The translations under genes and the position numbers were made by a program. A stretch of 63,958 nt of DNA, the filler included, from an uncultured bacterium (lineage in GTDB: Bacteria; CAYJOG01): NCBI GenBank assembly GCA_964371695.1. It is 15 parts of 15 records of this genome, joined end to end, with 100 filler letters (N's around TTAATTAATTAA, not from the genome) between each part and the next. Parts side by side here need not be neighbours in the genome. Positions count along the whole stretch, not along the records: positions 17,477 to 21,737 come from CAYJOG010000308.1; positions 21,838 to 26,075 come from CAYJOG010000309.1; positions 26,176 to 30,409 come from CAYJOG010000310.1; 12 more parts are not named here. One strand, 5' to 3'. The notes beneath the pieces were generated by a model that saw only the letters and a program-made list of their open reading frames with translations, did not search any database and was not told the DNA's origin. Below are positions 18,567 through 28,230 of the stretch, in pieces; positions within the stretch are counted from its first letter, which is position 1, and every line of letters starts with the position of its first letter.

Positions 18567-20399
18567 ATGCATCCACCCGAGGGCACATTCACCGGCGAAG
18601 AACTGCAACGGCTGAACGACGCCCTGCACGAAATGACGCTGCTCATCGCGGGTGAAGAAGAACCCCGCCGGCAGATTCAGCTCATCATGGACCTTGCCAA
18701 GCAGTTCATGCACGCCCAGGCCAGTTCGCTCATGCGCCTCGACAGCCGCGCCAACGAGCTTTACTGGGAATACGCCCACGGCGATTTCAAAAGCGAGCTG
18801 CTCACCCACCGCATTCCCGCCGATCAGGGCATTGCGGGTTGGGCCGTGACCCACGACGAACAGGTGTATGTCGAAGACGCCTATCAGGACAACCGCTTCA
18901 ACCCAGAGGTGGACAAGTCCACCGGCCAGCGCACCAAGTGCATGCTCACCGTGCCGCTCAAGGCCAAGGGCGTGATTCTGGGCGTGTTGCAGGTCATCAA
19001 TCCCGTCAAGGGATATTTTCACAGCGGCGAGGCGCGTCTGTTCAAACACTTTGCCGACATGGCCGCCATCGCCATTCACCGCAACGACATAGACGACGCC
19101 CTGGGGCGGCAGGTGCGCGAGCTGTCGGCCCTGCACGAGGTGAGCAAGGCCATCTCCAGCGAGTTTCACCTGCAACCCATGCTGGAACGCATCATGGAAC
19201 TGGCCAAGGAAGTGATGAAGGCCGAGGCCAGCAGCCTCATGCTGCTGGACCAGGAAACCGACGAACTGGTTTTTCAGGTGGCCCAGGGCGCCAAGGGCGG
19301 CACACTCAAGGCGCGGCGCATGCCCAAAAGCGGCGGCATTGCCGGTTGGGTGGCCACCCACGGCGAGCCGCTGCTGATTGAAGACGCCTATGCCGACTCG
19401 CGCTTCAACCCCGATTTTGACCGCAAAACGGGTTTCCGCACCCGCAGCATTCTCACCGCGCCGCTCAAGGCCAAGGGCGAGGTGCTGGGCATTGTGCAGG
19501 TCATCAATCCCCTGGAGCNNNNNNNNNNTGAAGAAACCGATCTGGCGATTTTCCAGTTTTTTGCCGACAGCGCCGCCGTGGCGGTGAACAACGCCCAGCT
19601 CTATGAAAAAAGCGTGGAAAACGAACGCCTGCTGGCCGACCTGGAAACCGCCAGCGCCATTCAGCACGAAATATTGCCCCGCGCCGTGGCCCCCGTCACG
19701 GGGTTTGAGGTGGCCACTTATTACGAACAGCCGCACCAGCACGAACCGGCGGGGGACTATTACGACCTGCTGGCGCTGGACGACGACCGCCTGTGCGCCC
19801 TGGTGGCCGACGTGTCGGGCCACGGCACGGGCGCGAGTCTGGTGATGGCCATGACCAAGGCCCTGCTGCATAGCGCCGTGGGCATGGGTCAGGATTTCCG
19901 CAGCGCCATTGTGCATGTCAACGACACACTGGTGAAAATCCTCAGCAGTTCCGAGCACACCATGTTCGTCACCGCCATTCTGCTGCTGATCAACCCCAAA
20001 GAGGGCCGGGCCGAACTGGTGCGCTGCGGTCACACGCCCCTGCTGCATTACCGCGACGGCAAAACCACGGCGCTTTCGCCCAATGGCATGTTGCTGGGCA
20101 TATTGAGCGGCCCCGATTTTGAAAGCACGCTGGAGGTGCTGGAGCTGGATTATCAGGTGGGCGACGCCTTTGTGCTGTTCACCGACGGCATCAGCGAGGC
20201 CATGAACACCGCCGCGGAAATGTTCACCGAAGAACGCCTGCTGGAAGTGGTGGAGGGCCTGGGGCAGCAGCGCGCGGGCCGCCTGCTGGACGACCTGCTG
20301 GGCGAGGTTTACTTCCACATGGACGGCGAACCCATGCGCGACGACATCACCCTGGTGGTGATGAAATGCCTGGACCTGCACCGCAAGGTGGAGGCGTAA
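18567..20399 (+). CDS. GAF-GAF-PP2C (SpoIIE/RsbU-type) phosphatase; 10-N gap at 19519-19528
   Basis: Two GAF repeats (GIAGWV..DAY.D.RFNP..D..TG.RT); GDYYD, ADVSGHG, FTDGISEA, DDITL. Confidence 0.92.
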   Translation: MHPPEGTFTGEELQRLNDALHEMTLLIAGEEEPRRQIQLIMDLAKQFMHAQASSLMRLDSRANELYWEYAHGDFKSELLTHRIPADQGIAGWAVTHDEQVYVEDAYQDNRFNPEVDKSTGQRTKCMLTVPLKAKGVILGVLQVINPVKGYFHSGEARLFKHFADMAAIAIHRNDIDDALGRQVRELSALHEVSKAISSEFHLQPMLERIMELAKEVMKAEASSLMLLDQETDELVFQVAQGAKGGTLKARRMPKSGGIAGWVATHGEPLLIEDAYADSRFNPDFDRKTGFRTRSILTAPLKAKGEVLGIVQVINPLEXXXXEETDLAIFQFFADSAAVAVNNAQLYEKSVENERLLADLETASAIQHEILPRAVAPVTGFEVATYYEQPHQHEPAGDYYDLLALDDDRLCALVADVSGHGTGASLVMAMTKALLHSAVGMGQDFRSAIVHVNDTLVKILSSSEHTMFVTAILLLINPKEGRAELVRCGHTPLLHYRDGKTTALSPNGMLLGILSGPDFESTLEVLELDYQVGDAFVLFTDGISEAMNTAAEMFTEERLLEVVEGLGQQRAGRLLDDLLGEVYFHMDGEPMRDDITLVVMKCLDLHRKVEA

Positions 20400-20408
20400 G
20401 GCCGCATC

Positions 20409-21566
20409 TTGCAGAAAAACGGCCCATCAAAAGAAAAACATGGTTCCCTCTCCCCTTTACGGGGAGAGGGTGGCCGAAGGCCGGGTGAGGGGTTTAAACA
20501 AAAAGCCCCCAACTTTAACTCAGGCCCCCTGGGTGATCTGGCCCGTTTCAGGTCCGGCTCCCTGGCGCAGGAAAGCAGTTTTGACCGCACCGGCGGCAAT
20601 GCGGACTTCATCAGCATCGCCCCCGGCGAAAGGGCGGTGCTGGCCAATCTCACCGGGCCGGGGTGCCTCAGGCGCATCTGGATGACCCTCTCCAGCGCCG
20701 ACCCCTATGTGCTGCGCAACACCGTGCTGCGGATGTATTGGGACGGCGAAGACAACCCCAGCGTGTTGTGCCCCCTGGGCGATTTTTTTGGCGTGGGCTT
20801 CAGCCTCTACCGCCACTACACCGCCCTGCCCATGAGCATGACCAGCGGGGGGTACAACTGTTATTTCCCCATGCCTTTTTCAGAAGGGGGGCGGATTGAA
20901 GTGGAAAACCAGAGTGAGAAAAAAATCCAGGCGTTCTACTTCAACCTCACCTGGGAAAAACACGCCACCCCCGAAAAAGACACGGGCCGTTTCCACGCCC
21001 TGTGGCGGCGTGCTGCCACGCAGGCGGGTGAAAATTATCTGGTGCTGGACGCCCATGGCCGGGGGCATCTGGTGGGCTGCGTCATGAACATGCAGGGCCA
21101 GCGGCCCCTGGATTTCTGGTTTCTGGAAGGCGACGAAATGATTTATGTGGACGACGAGCCGCACCCGCCCGCCATTCACGGCACGGGCACCGAAGACTAT
21201 TTCAATTCGGGCTGGTATTTCATCAACGGGCGTTTTGCCGCGCCCTGGCACGGTCTTACGGTGCAGGAGTTTCTGCGCCCGCGCATCAGCGCCTACCGGT
21301 TTCATGTCGAAGACGCCATTCCGTTCAAAAAACGCCTGCGCTTCACCCTGGAACACGGCGGAACCAACGACAGGCCGGGGCTGGATTATTCCAGCGTGGC
21401 CTATTGGTATCAGGACGAGCCGCACCACCCCCACGCCGAACTGCCCCCAGCGGCGGAAAGACTACCCCACGACCTGCCCCTGGAGCGGGCCGCCCGCGAG
21501 GCCCTGGGGGCGGTGATGGAGGCGGGTTTCTGGCTCAACGACCGGTTCCGGCTGTTTGGGGGGTAA
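20409..21566 (+). CDS. DUF2961 (GH172-like) protein
   Basis: SSFDRTGGNAD, LRMYWDGE, PLGDFFG, NCYFPMPF, EGDE, GTGTEDYF, SSVAYWYQ. Confidence 0.9.
   Translation: MQKNGPSKEKHGSLSPLRGEGGRRPGEGFKQKAPNFNSGPLGDLARFRSGSLAQESSFDRTGGNADFISIAPGERAVLANLTGPGCLRRIWMTLSSADPYVLRNTVLRMYWDGEDNPSVLCPLGDFFGVGFSLYRHYTALPMSMTSGGYNCYFPMPFSEGGRIEVENQSEKKIQAFYFNLTWEKHATPEKDTGRFHALWRRAATQAGENYLVLDAHGRGHLVGCVMNMQGQRPLDFWFLEGDEMIYVDDEPHPPAIHGTGTEDYFNSGWYFINGRFAAPWHGLTVQEFLRPRISAYRFHVEDAIPFKKRLRFTLEHGGTNDRPGLDYSSVAYWYQDEPHHPHAELPPAAERLPHDLPLERAAREALGAVMEAGFWLNDRFRLFGG
20445..20492 (+). repeat. CCCTCTCCC-type double-hairpin repeat inside the DUF2961 ORF
   Basis: TCCCTCTCCCCTTTACGGGGAGAGGGTGGCCGAAGGCCGGGTGAGGGG; related intergenic copy at 60552-60604 (minus). 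Confidence 0.85.
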
Positions 21567-21837
21567 AAAATGAGGGTGCCTCTTTTGTTATACACAGCAC
21601 ATAAAAAATGCCGCATTCCTGAGAAATAGGCCGATGGGGCGAGAGGGCTTTTCTATACCCTCGCCCGCGCCCCAGCGTGGGAGAGGGTGGTTTTTGGGGG
21701 GGGGGGCCGCCCAAAAACCCGGGGGGGGCCGGGTTGTNNNNNNNNNNNNNNNNNNNNNNNNNNNNNNNNNNNNNNNNNNNNTTAATTAATTAANNNNNNN
21801 NNNNNNNNNNNNNNNNNNNNNNNNNNNNNNNNNNNNN

Positions 21838-21953
21838 TGGATTCCCGCTTTCGCGGGAATGACGCCATCCAGGGCGGGGCTTTCAGACGATGTCTGACAC
21901 ACCAATTCCGAAAACGCGCAAAAGTCTAGGACGGACTTTTAAAACAGGCTCTA
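21838..21953. mobile_element. MITE family B right end preceded by an ATTCCCGC hairpin
   Basis: TGGATTCCCGCTTTCGCGGGAATGACG, then ACGGACTTTTAAAACAGGCTCTA matching the ends of 62065-62247. Confidence 0.75.
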
Positions 21954-21975
21954 TGGACCGGGTGTTACACCTTAG

Positions 21976-23817
21976 CTATCGGGCAGGCTCTTTTTCATAA
22001 ACCGCCGACAGTTTTGGCCCCAGCACGTTCCAGTTCACGGCAAACTCTGCGTGATGACCGGTCTGAAAGGCCCCCAGGGCGTCAAAGTCCAGTGAGGCGC
22101 TCGCCAGCGCCGGGCCGTCGGTGTAGGCGGCTTCTGTGAGGATGCCCGTGCGGTCGTCCGTCATGGGGCAGGGGGCATAAATGCCGCTGCGGCCCCGCAA
22201 TTTCAGCCCCGGCACGTCGCCATAAAGGCAGGACTTGATGCCGAACACGGCGTTGTCCTGCACCCGCGCCCACAGGCCGTTGAGGTTTTCCAGCGTGTAA
22301 CACTCGTCGGGGTTGGCGGTCACGTCCAGCAGCACCTGCGCGCCCTGCGCCGTCAGAATCCGCCCCATTTCGGGATACCCCGTGTCCATGCACACCATCA
22401 CGCCCACCTTCACCGCCTGGCCCCCCAGGGGAATCTCCACCACCCGCGCGTTGTGGCCCGCCTGCAGGCCCCAGTCTTTTTCAAGGCTGAAGAGGTGGAT
22501 TTTGTCTTGGGTAAGCACCAGATCGCCGCTTTTGTCGAACAGGTGGGCGGTGTTCACCACGCCTTCTTCGTGGCGCAGCAGAATGGAACCGGCCAGGATG
22601 TTGAGGCTGAACTTGCGCGACAGGGCCGAGAAGGTTTCCAGATACACCTCGTGGGCATAGGGGCTGACGCCCGCAAACAGGGCGCTCACGGGGTGGGCGG
22701 GAGGTTTTTTGAGCAGATTTTTGAGGCTTTCCAGCGTGCCGCCCCAGGCTTTGCCCAGGCCCACCGGGTCCAGATACAACCCCAGCAGGCAGGTGCCGGT
22801 GTCCTCTGGCAGCACCAGCAGTTCCGCGCCGGCGCGGGCGGCTTTTTCCACCACTTTGGTCATGCGCTGACGAAAGTTTTCTGGTGAGGTGCTGAACTTC
22901 AGCGCCAGTTGGGCCGAGGCCACCGTCACGGCATGGTGATGGGGGCACACCGGCGGCGGGGGGGGCGGAAAGTGCTGGCGCACATATTCGTGGTTGATGT
23001 TTTTGAGCAGGTTGAAACGCCGCCGCTCGGCCCGCAGGGCGGCCCTGTCCGGCTCGCCGATCACCAGTTCATCCTGCGTGGTGGTGCTGGCCTCGGCCAC
23101 CACGCCATCGCGGAAAGGCGTGCAGAAACTCAGGTTGAGCACCTTGGCGTTGCCCCGGAAGTCCTGATCGCCCAGTTTGGCCAGCAGCACACTTTTGGCC
23201 CCCATGGTCTGGTTTTCAAAACAGCGCACATGCACGCCGTGAAAACGCTCCACGCTGTTGTAGGGGCGGTTGGAGAAAAGGCCCTCCACCAGCAGGTTGG
23301 CCCCCTCCAGCGCCAGGGCGCGGGCGGCTTCGGGCATGCGGCTGTCGCGGCCCATCAAAAAACCGGTGTGAACCCCCTTCACGGGGAAGTCCCTGAGGGG
23401 CGCGAGCACGGTGCCGGGTTGCAGGCCCAGGCGTTGCTCAAGGGGGCTGGGGTGCAGCTTGGCCTGGGTGTGCAGCAGGTCTCCGGCGGGGCCATAGACC
23501 CGGCACACCATGCGCAGGGCGTCGTCGTGCATCGCAGGCACGGTGCCCGCCACCACGGCCACGCCAATGCGGCCGGCGGCGGCAGAAAAAACCTCTTCGT
23601 GCCGGGCTGAAAGGGTTTCGTGCTGATGGGCGGCGGTTTCAAACAGCTCGCGCCCCCCCGGCGGCAGCAGGCCCAGACACACCCATTCGGGGAACACCAC
23701 CATCTGGGCCTCGGCCTGCATGGCGGCCCGCAGCAGTTCCAGCACCTTCTGTTCAAACCCCTCCCACAGGGTTTCCAGCCGAAGCTGCGTGACAGCGATG
23801 ATGGGACCATGGGACAT
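21976..23817 (-). CDS. Tandem two-domain carbon-nitrogen hydrolase (nitrilase superfamily)
   Basis: Domain 1 VVFPE/KLHP/MGRD; domain 2 LVLPE/KIHLF/VCMD; start ATG 23817 or 23829. Confidence 0.85.
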   Translation of the reverse strand: MSHGPIIAVTQLRLETLWEGFEQKVLELLRAAMQAEAQMVVFPEWVCLGLLPPGGRELFETAAHQHETLSARHEEVFSAAAGRIGVAVVAGTVPAMHDDALRMVCRVYGPAGDLLHTQAKLHPSPLEQRLGLQPGTVLAPLRDFPVKGVHTGFLMGRDSRMPEAARALALEGANLLVEGLFSNRPYNSVERFHGVHVRCFENQTMGAKSVLLAKLGDQDFRGNAKVLNLSFCTPFRDGVVAEASTTTQDELVIGEPDRAALRAERRRFNLLKNINHEYVRQHFPPPPPPVCPHHHAVTVASAQLALKFSTSPENFRQRMTKVVEKAARAGAELLVLPEDTGTCLLGLYLDPVGLGKAWGGTLESLKNLLKKPPAHPVSALFAGVSPYAHEVYLETFSALSRKFSLNILAGSILLRHEEGVVNTAHLFDKSGDLVLTQDKIHLFSLEKDWGLQAGHNARVVEIPLGGQAVKVGVMVCMDTGYPEMGRILTAQGAQVLLDVTANPDECYTLENLNGLWARVQDNAVFGIKSCLYGDVPGLKLRGRSGIYAPCPMTDDRTGILTEAAYTDGPALASASLDFDALGAFQTGHHAEFAVNWNVLGPKLSAVYEKEPAR

Positions 23818-23880
23818 GAGGGCAGACATTATAAACCGGCGAGTGGTGGTGAGAGGCGGGGGGATGAGTAAAGTTTCTGA

Positions 23881-24324
23881 ATGCCCTTTTACGAATTTCC
23901 CAGACCCGCCTTCACCGTGGACGTGGTGCTGTTTCATCGGCAAAAAAGTGAACGCCGTGTGCTGTTGATTCAGCGCGCACAGGAACCCTTCCGGGGTTGC
24001 TGGGCGCTGCCCGGCGGTTTTGTGGAAGAAAACGAGCCGCCGCTTTTGGCGGCCCGGCGGGAACTGCTGGAGGAAACGGGTGTGATGGCCGGTGAACTGG
24101 TGCATTTCGGCGCCTTTGGCGACCCTGGCCGCGACCCCAGGGGCTGGACTCTCACCATGGCTTTTGTTGGGGAACTCACGGGCCAGGCCCCCCAGCCCAT
24201 GGGGGCGGATGATGCCGTCGCCGCCGAGTGGTTTGAGGTGGCGCATCTGCCAGATTTGGCTTTTGACCATTTAAGCATCATCAAAAAAGCGGTTGATTTT
24301 CTGCATGAAAATATTTTGGATTAG
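23881..24324 (+). CDS. Nudix hydrolase
   Basis: WALPGGFVEENEPPLLAARRELLEETG Nudix box; RDPRG; LAFDH. Confidence 0.95.
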   Translation: MPFYEFPRPAFTVDVVLFHRQKSERRVLLIQRAQEPFRGCWALPGGFVEENEPPLLAARRELLEETGVMAGELVHFGAFGDPGRDPRGWTLTMAFVGELTGQAPQPMGADDAVAAEWFEVAHLPDLAFDHLSIIKKAVDFLHENILD

Positions 24325-24455
24325 CAGGGTGTTGATTAACACCCTGTTCGTAGAGACTGACAGGAAATGGCTGGCCACCCCACGCTTGGTTTCCGGGCGG
24401 CGTGTGCGCCATCAATTCAGAAAAAGCTCTGACAGGGTGTTGATAAACACTCTGT
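24321..24455. mobile_element. Two collapsed MITE family A hairpins
   Basis: TAGCAGGGTGTTGATTAACACCCTG (its TAG is the Nudix stop) and ACAGGGTGTTGATAAACACTCTGT. Confidence 0.7.
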
Positions 24456-24598
24456 CAGCCAAAACTGGAGGTTTTTGGGCTATCCTGGAGTCGCGTGTCC
24501 AGTATGAGTAAAAAAAGGGCTTTTCGGATTAATTACTCCTATTTGAACAAAGTGAAAGCATTATGTTAAGCACGTAATTTTCAGGGTATGCCTCTTTA

Positions 24599-24688
24599 GT
24601 AATGATATCATTGCCGACTGTCCTACTTAAAAGCACCATTGTGTTGCAAAAGAAGCCAACCCTTTGATAGAATGTGACGACGCTCACA
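24599..24688 (+). promoter_or_regulatory. MarR gene promoter with CRP-type box and a second palindrome
   Basis: TTGCAA-N18-TAGAAT with TGn; TGTGA-cgacgc-TCACA (24673-24688); AATGATATCATT palindrome (24601-24612). Confidence 0.6.
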
Positions 24689-24707
24689 AAAAAAGAGGCA
24701 GGACACC

Positions 24708-25196
24708 ATGTCTTCTACCAGCAGTCAAAAACCCGCATTTCTGCCCACGCTTCGTGCGCTGGTGCGGGCCATGCAGGCTTATGAATATTACGAAAACTGC
24801 CATTGCCGTCAGGTGAACCTCACTCCGGCCCAACTAGACATTATTTTCACGCTTGGCAACACACCGGGCATGAACTTCGGCACCCTGTCCGAAAAAACCC
24901 TCATCACCAAGGGCACGCTCACGGGCGTGGTGGACCGGCTGGAAGAAAAGGGCCTGGTGGAGCGCATTGTGCCGCCCCACGACCGTCGCAGCCTCATCGC
25001 CAAGCTCACACCGGCGGGCGAAAAAGTCTTCAACGCCCTGTTTTTGCCCCATCTGGCCTATGTGGGGGAGCGGTTCAACCGTCTGCCGCCCCAGGAGCTG
25101 GAGCAACTCACCATGTTGCTGGAAAAGCTGCGGGCCACCTTTGAAGAACCCCCCACCAGTTTTCCCCTGGGAGACCGCACCTGGGAAGATTTTTGA
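24708..25196 (+). CDS. MarR family regulator
   Basis: LTPAQLDIIFTL, ITKGTLTGVVDRLEEKGLVER..DRRS..LTPAG. Confidence 0.95.
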   Translation: MSSTSSQKPAFLPTLRALVRAMQAYEYYENCHCRQVNLTPAQLDIIFTLGNTPGMNFGTLSEKTLITKGTLTGVVDRLEEKGLVERIVPPHDRRSLIAKLTPAGEKVFNALFLPHLAYVGERFNRLPPQELEQLTMLLEKLRATFEEPPTSFPLGDRTWEDF

Positions 25197-25305
25197 CCCA
25201 TCGTCAACAAAGCTGGACTGGGCGGGCTGAAAAATCAGCCATGGACATTGCCTGCCAGCGGCGTCTAAAATCCGGCATCCGTTCTTTGACGAACCGGAAT
25301 GTCCC

Positions 25306-25911
25306 ATGACGGCCCTTCTGATCACCGTGGCGTTTCTTAACATCGGCCTGTTGGCGATCCTGATTACGCGTCATCAGCCCGGCATTGGGTTGCCTCAGCG
25401 GCCAGCCCAGTTGCCGCCCATGGGTTTCCCCACGGGTTTCACTGCCGCGCCTTACTCTGCGCACATGCAGCCCCAGGCTTCGCCAGCCGGTTATTCCGCC
25501 GCGGGGCTGGCCACGGTGGCCGACGCCGCCCAGGCCCACGCTGCCGCAGCCCGGCTCGAAGAAGTCGGCCCCCTGGTAGAAGAAGCCGCCCGGCAACTGG
25601 ATCAGCGCATGGACCGCCTGGAGAAACTCATCACCGACGCCGAGGTGGCCTGCACCGCGCTGGATGGCCGCCTGCTGCAAACCGAACAGTCGCTGGTGGC
25701 AAAAAGCGCCCCGGCCCCCGCACCCATTCCCGCCACCGTCGTGCCTTCACCTGCCCGCCGGGGCAAGGTGCGGTTTTTGAGCAACAATCTGGTGCAGAAC
25801 GTGATCACGCTTTCGGATGCCGGTTACAGCCCCCTGGAAATCGCCCGCGAACTGGGCCGGGGTGTGGATGAAGTGACACTGGCCCTGAACCTGCGCCACA
25901 TGGCGGGGTAA
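25306..25911 (+). CDS. Membrane-anchored coiled-coil protein with C-terminal HTH (DUF6115-like)
   Basis: N-terminal TM, coiled coil, GYSPLEIARELGRGVDEVTLALNL. Confidence 0.6.
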   Translation: MTALLITVAFLNIGLLAILITRHQPGIGLPQRPAQLPPMGFPTGFTAAPYSAHMQPQASPAGYSAAGLATVADAAQAHAAAARLEEVGPLVEEAARQLDQRMDRLEKLITDAEVACTALDGRLLQTEQSLVAKSAPAPAPIPATVVPSPARRGKVRFLSNNLVQNVITLSDAGYSPLEIARELGRGVDEVTLALNLRHMAG

Positions 25912-26305
25912 GGAATTCATCTGTTTAAAAATGAGGAGTAGGTGCGGTGGGGACACCGCACCTACACAGAAGCGATTAGAGCAAATTCATATTTGACGTG
26001 GACAAAGGGCGGGGCCAGTCCTTGCCCTCTCCCTGAGAGCCTGTTTCTAAATTGCGCCATGTGAAACATGGTGTANNNNNNNNNNNNNNNNNNNNNNNNN
26101 NNNNNNNNNNNNNNNNNNNTTAATTAATTAANNNNNNNNNNNNNNNNNNNNNNNNNNNNNNNNNNNNNNNNNNNNAGGGGGTCCGGGGGAACCGCTGTTC
26201 CCCCGGCAGGGGTGTGGGGACGGAGTCCCCGCCCATTCAAGAAAAAAACTTCAGTTTTCCGGGAACTTTTTTCTTTTTTTTATGTCCTTACAATAAGTGC
26301 AAGCC

Positions 26306-26908
26306 ATGCTCAGCCGCCTGGGCCAGAAAGTGGTTCCCCTTCATAGTGATGAAAAGCTGGTGGAGCGCGCCAAGCTGGGGGATCGCCACGCGTTTGACGA
26401 AATCGTGGGGCGTTACAAAAACCCGTTGTTCCGTTATCTGATTCGCCTGTCGGGCAACGCGGCCACCGCAGAAGACCTGACGCAGGATACGTTTCTCAAG
26501 GCCTACCGGGCCATGGACCGTCTGGGTCGGGCAGACCGGCTGAAACCCTGGCTCTATGCCATCGCCACCAACACCGCTCACAGTCACCGGGCGCATTTTG
26601 GGCGCATCAAACAGCAGGAGCCGCCGCCCCAGGATGGGCACGCAGCGGAAACCTGGATCAACCAGCTTGAAGACCCCCACTCGGCGGTGGAAAAACTGGC
26701 CGACGCCGAAAAACTCAGAGAAATGGTGAAAACCGCTGTGGCGGCGCTGCCTTCTCCCTATAAAGAGGTTGTGGTGTTACGAGACATGGAAGAAATGAAC
26801 TACGAAGACATCGCCCTGGCCCTGGGGCTGAACCTGGGCACGGTCAAGAGCCGCCTTGCGCGGGGCCGCGTGATGTTGCAGGAAAAACTGTTGGAGGCCG
26901 GGTTATGA
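26306..26908 (+). CDS. ECF RNA polymerase sigma factor
   Basis: GDRHAFDEIV, AEDLTQDTFLKAY, WLYAIATN, YEDIALALGLNLGTVKSRLARGR. Confidence 0.96.
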   Translation: MLSRLGQKVVPLHSDEKLVERAKLGDRHAFDEIVGRYKNPLFRYLIRLSGNAATAEDLTQDTFLKAYRAMDRLGRADRLKPWLYAIATNTAHSHRAHFGRIKQQEPPPQDGHAAETWINQLEDPHSAVEKLADAEKLREMVKTAVAALPSPYKEVVVLRDMEEMNYEDIALALGLNLGTVKSRLARGRVMLQEKLLEAGL

Positions 26909-28188
26909 GCCGCTCCACCGCCGAATGGATGGAACTGATGGCCCGCTCGGTGGATGGCGACCTGTGTGCCCGCGAGCGTGTGGAGCTTGAGGCCGCCCTG
27001 GAGTCGGACCCGGCGCTCAAGGCCCTTCAGGCCAGGTTTTCGGCGGTGAAAAAATGCTGCCGAGAAATCTCTGTGGAATCTCTCGACGAGAGTTTTGACC
27101 AGCGGCTGAAACGCCGGGTGCGGTTGCTCCGCCAGCGCCAGTGGATGACCCGTGGTGTGGCGGCGGCAGCCGCCGTGGCCGCCATGGCGGTGGGCATCAA
27201 CCAGCTCACCCAGCAGGGGCGTGTCAGCCACGTGGGGCAGGGCCTGATGGCCGCCGCCGGTGTGGGGGGCGCGAAGCCCGCGCCGCCAGAGCGTTTTGCA
27301 CCCGGCGCTTTTGGTCAGGGCAAACAGGCCGAAGTCGCCCAGTCTCCCAAGGCTGAAACCGCTGCCAAGGCCCTGGCGCTTGCGCCCCAGGCAGAATCAG
27401 GCGAGGCACAAAACCCCGCCGCGCCCGCGCTTTCTGAGGGGTTCGCCAAAACCCTCACCCGTGCGGCCCAGGTGATGAAGTCCGTGCCGCAGGCTCAGGG
27501 CGAAACGCAGCGGGCCAAAGACGCCGACAACAAACCCGGCGGTGTCGCCATCGCTGCGGCCCCAGCCGAAATCCCCACCACCCGCACCGAAGAAGAACCC
27601 CCGGTTCGCGCCGAAGAGGAAGCGGCTTCCAACCGGCCTGACACCGTGGCCGCCGCGCCTTCTCCGCCCCCGCCCAGTGTGGCCATTCGCCCACGGGTGG
27701 TGGGTTTTGCGCCTTCTGCGGCTTCTTCGGGCGTGACAGTGGGGCAGGCCAGGGGGCGGGGGGCGGCCACGCTTCAGCCGGTGGATTTTTTGCAGGAGCG
27801 GCTCACCACCCGCCGGGTGGCGGCCTCGCCGGTGCGTCTGGTGAGTTATCTGAAAAACGCCGGGGACGGACTGATTGACCGGGTGTTGATCAAGGTGGAT
27901 CGCAAGCTGCCCTGGATGCGCGTGCAGGGGCTGGTGAACCTGCTGTTCGCCGGTGAAACCCAGACCGCCGCCGCTGCCCCCATGGCGGGCGACGGCCTGA
28001 GCGCCGCACCGGCGGAGTTCCGGGTGACGCCCCAGTCTCTGGTGCGGTTTCTTTCGCTTTTGCCCGGCCCCACGCCCCTTCAAACCGTGAGCGCCGCTGG
28101 TGAGTCTCCCAAACCCGTGATGGTGTCTGAGGTGTTGCCCCAGATGGCGCCGGTGCTGACGGTGGCCATCACGCCGGGCACGGATTAG
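26905..28188 (+). CDS. Anti-sigma factor-like membrane protein
   Basis: ATGA overlap with the sigma factor; DGDL..ER..LEAAL N-terminus without HxxxCxxC; one TM; long Ala/Pro-rich tail. Confidence 0.75.
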   Translation: MSRSTAEWMELMARSVDGDLCARERVELEAALESDPALKALQARFSAVKKCCREISVESLDESFDQRLKRRVRLLRQRQWMTRGVAAAAAVAAMAVGINQLTQQGRVSHVGQGLMAAAGVGGAKPAPPERFAPGAFGQGKQAEVAQSPKAETAAKALALAPQAESGEAQNPAAPALSEGFAKTLTRAAQVMKSVPQAQGETQRAKDADNKPGGVAIAAAPAEIPTTRTEEEPPVRAEEEAASNRPDTVAAAPSPPPPSVAIRPRVVGFAPSAASSGVTVGQARGRGAATLQPVDFLQERLTTRRVAASPVRLVSYLKNAGDGLIDRVLIKVDRKLPWMRVQGLVNLLFAGETQTAAAAPMAGDGLSAAPAEFRVTPQSLVRFLSLLPGPTPLQTVSAAGESPKPVMVSEVLPQMAPVLTVAITPGTD

Positions 28189-28230
28189 AACCCACAGGAT
28201 TTTTTCGCCGTCTCGTGTCATATTAATCCC

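Noticed and set aside
26052-26072. CATGTGAAACA as a parS site
   Set aside because: Only half of the TGTTTCACGTGAAACA palindrome matches, and it is on a different contig from the ParB-like gene
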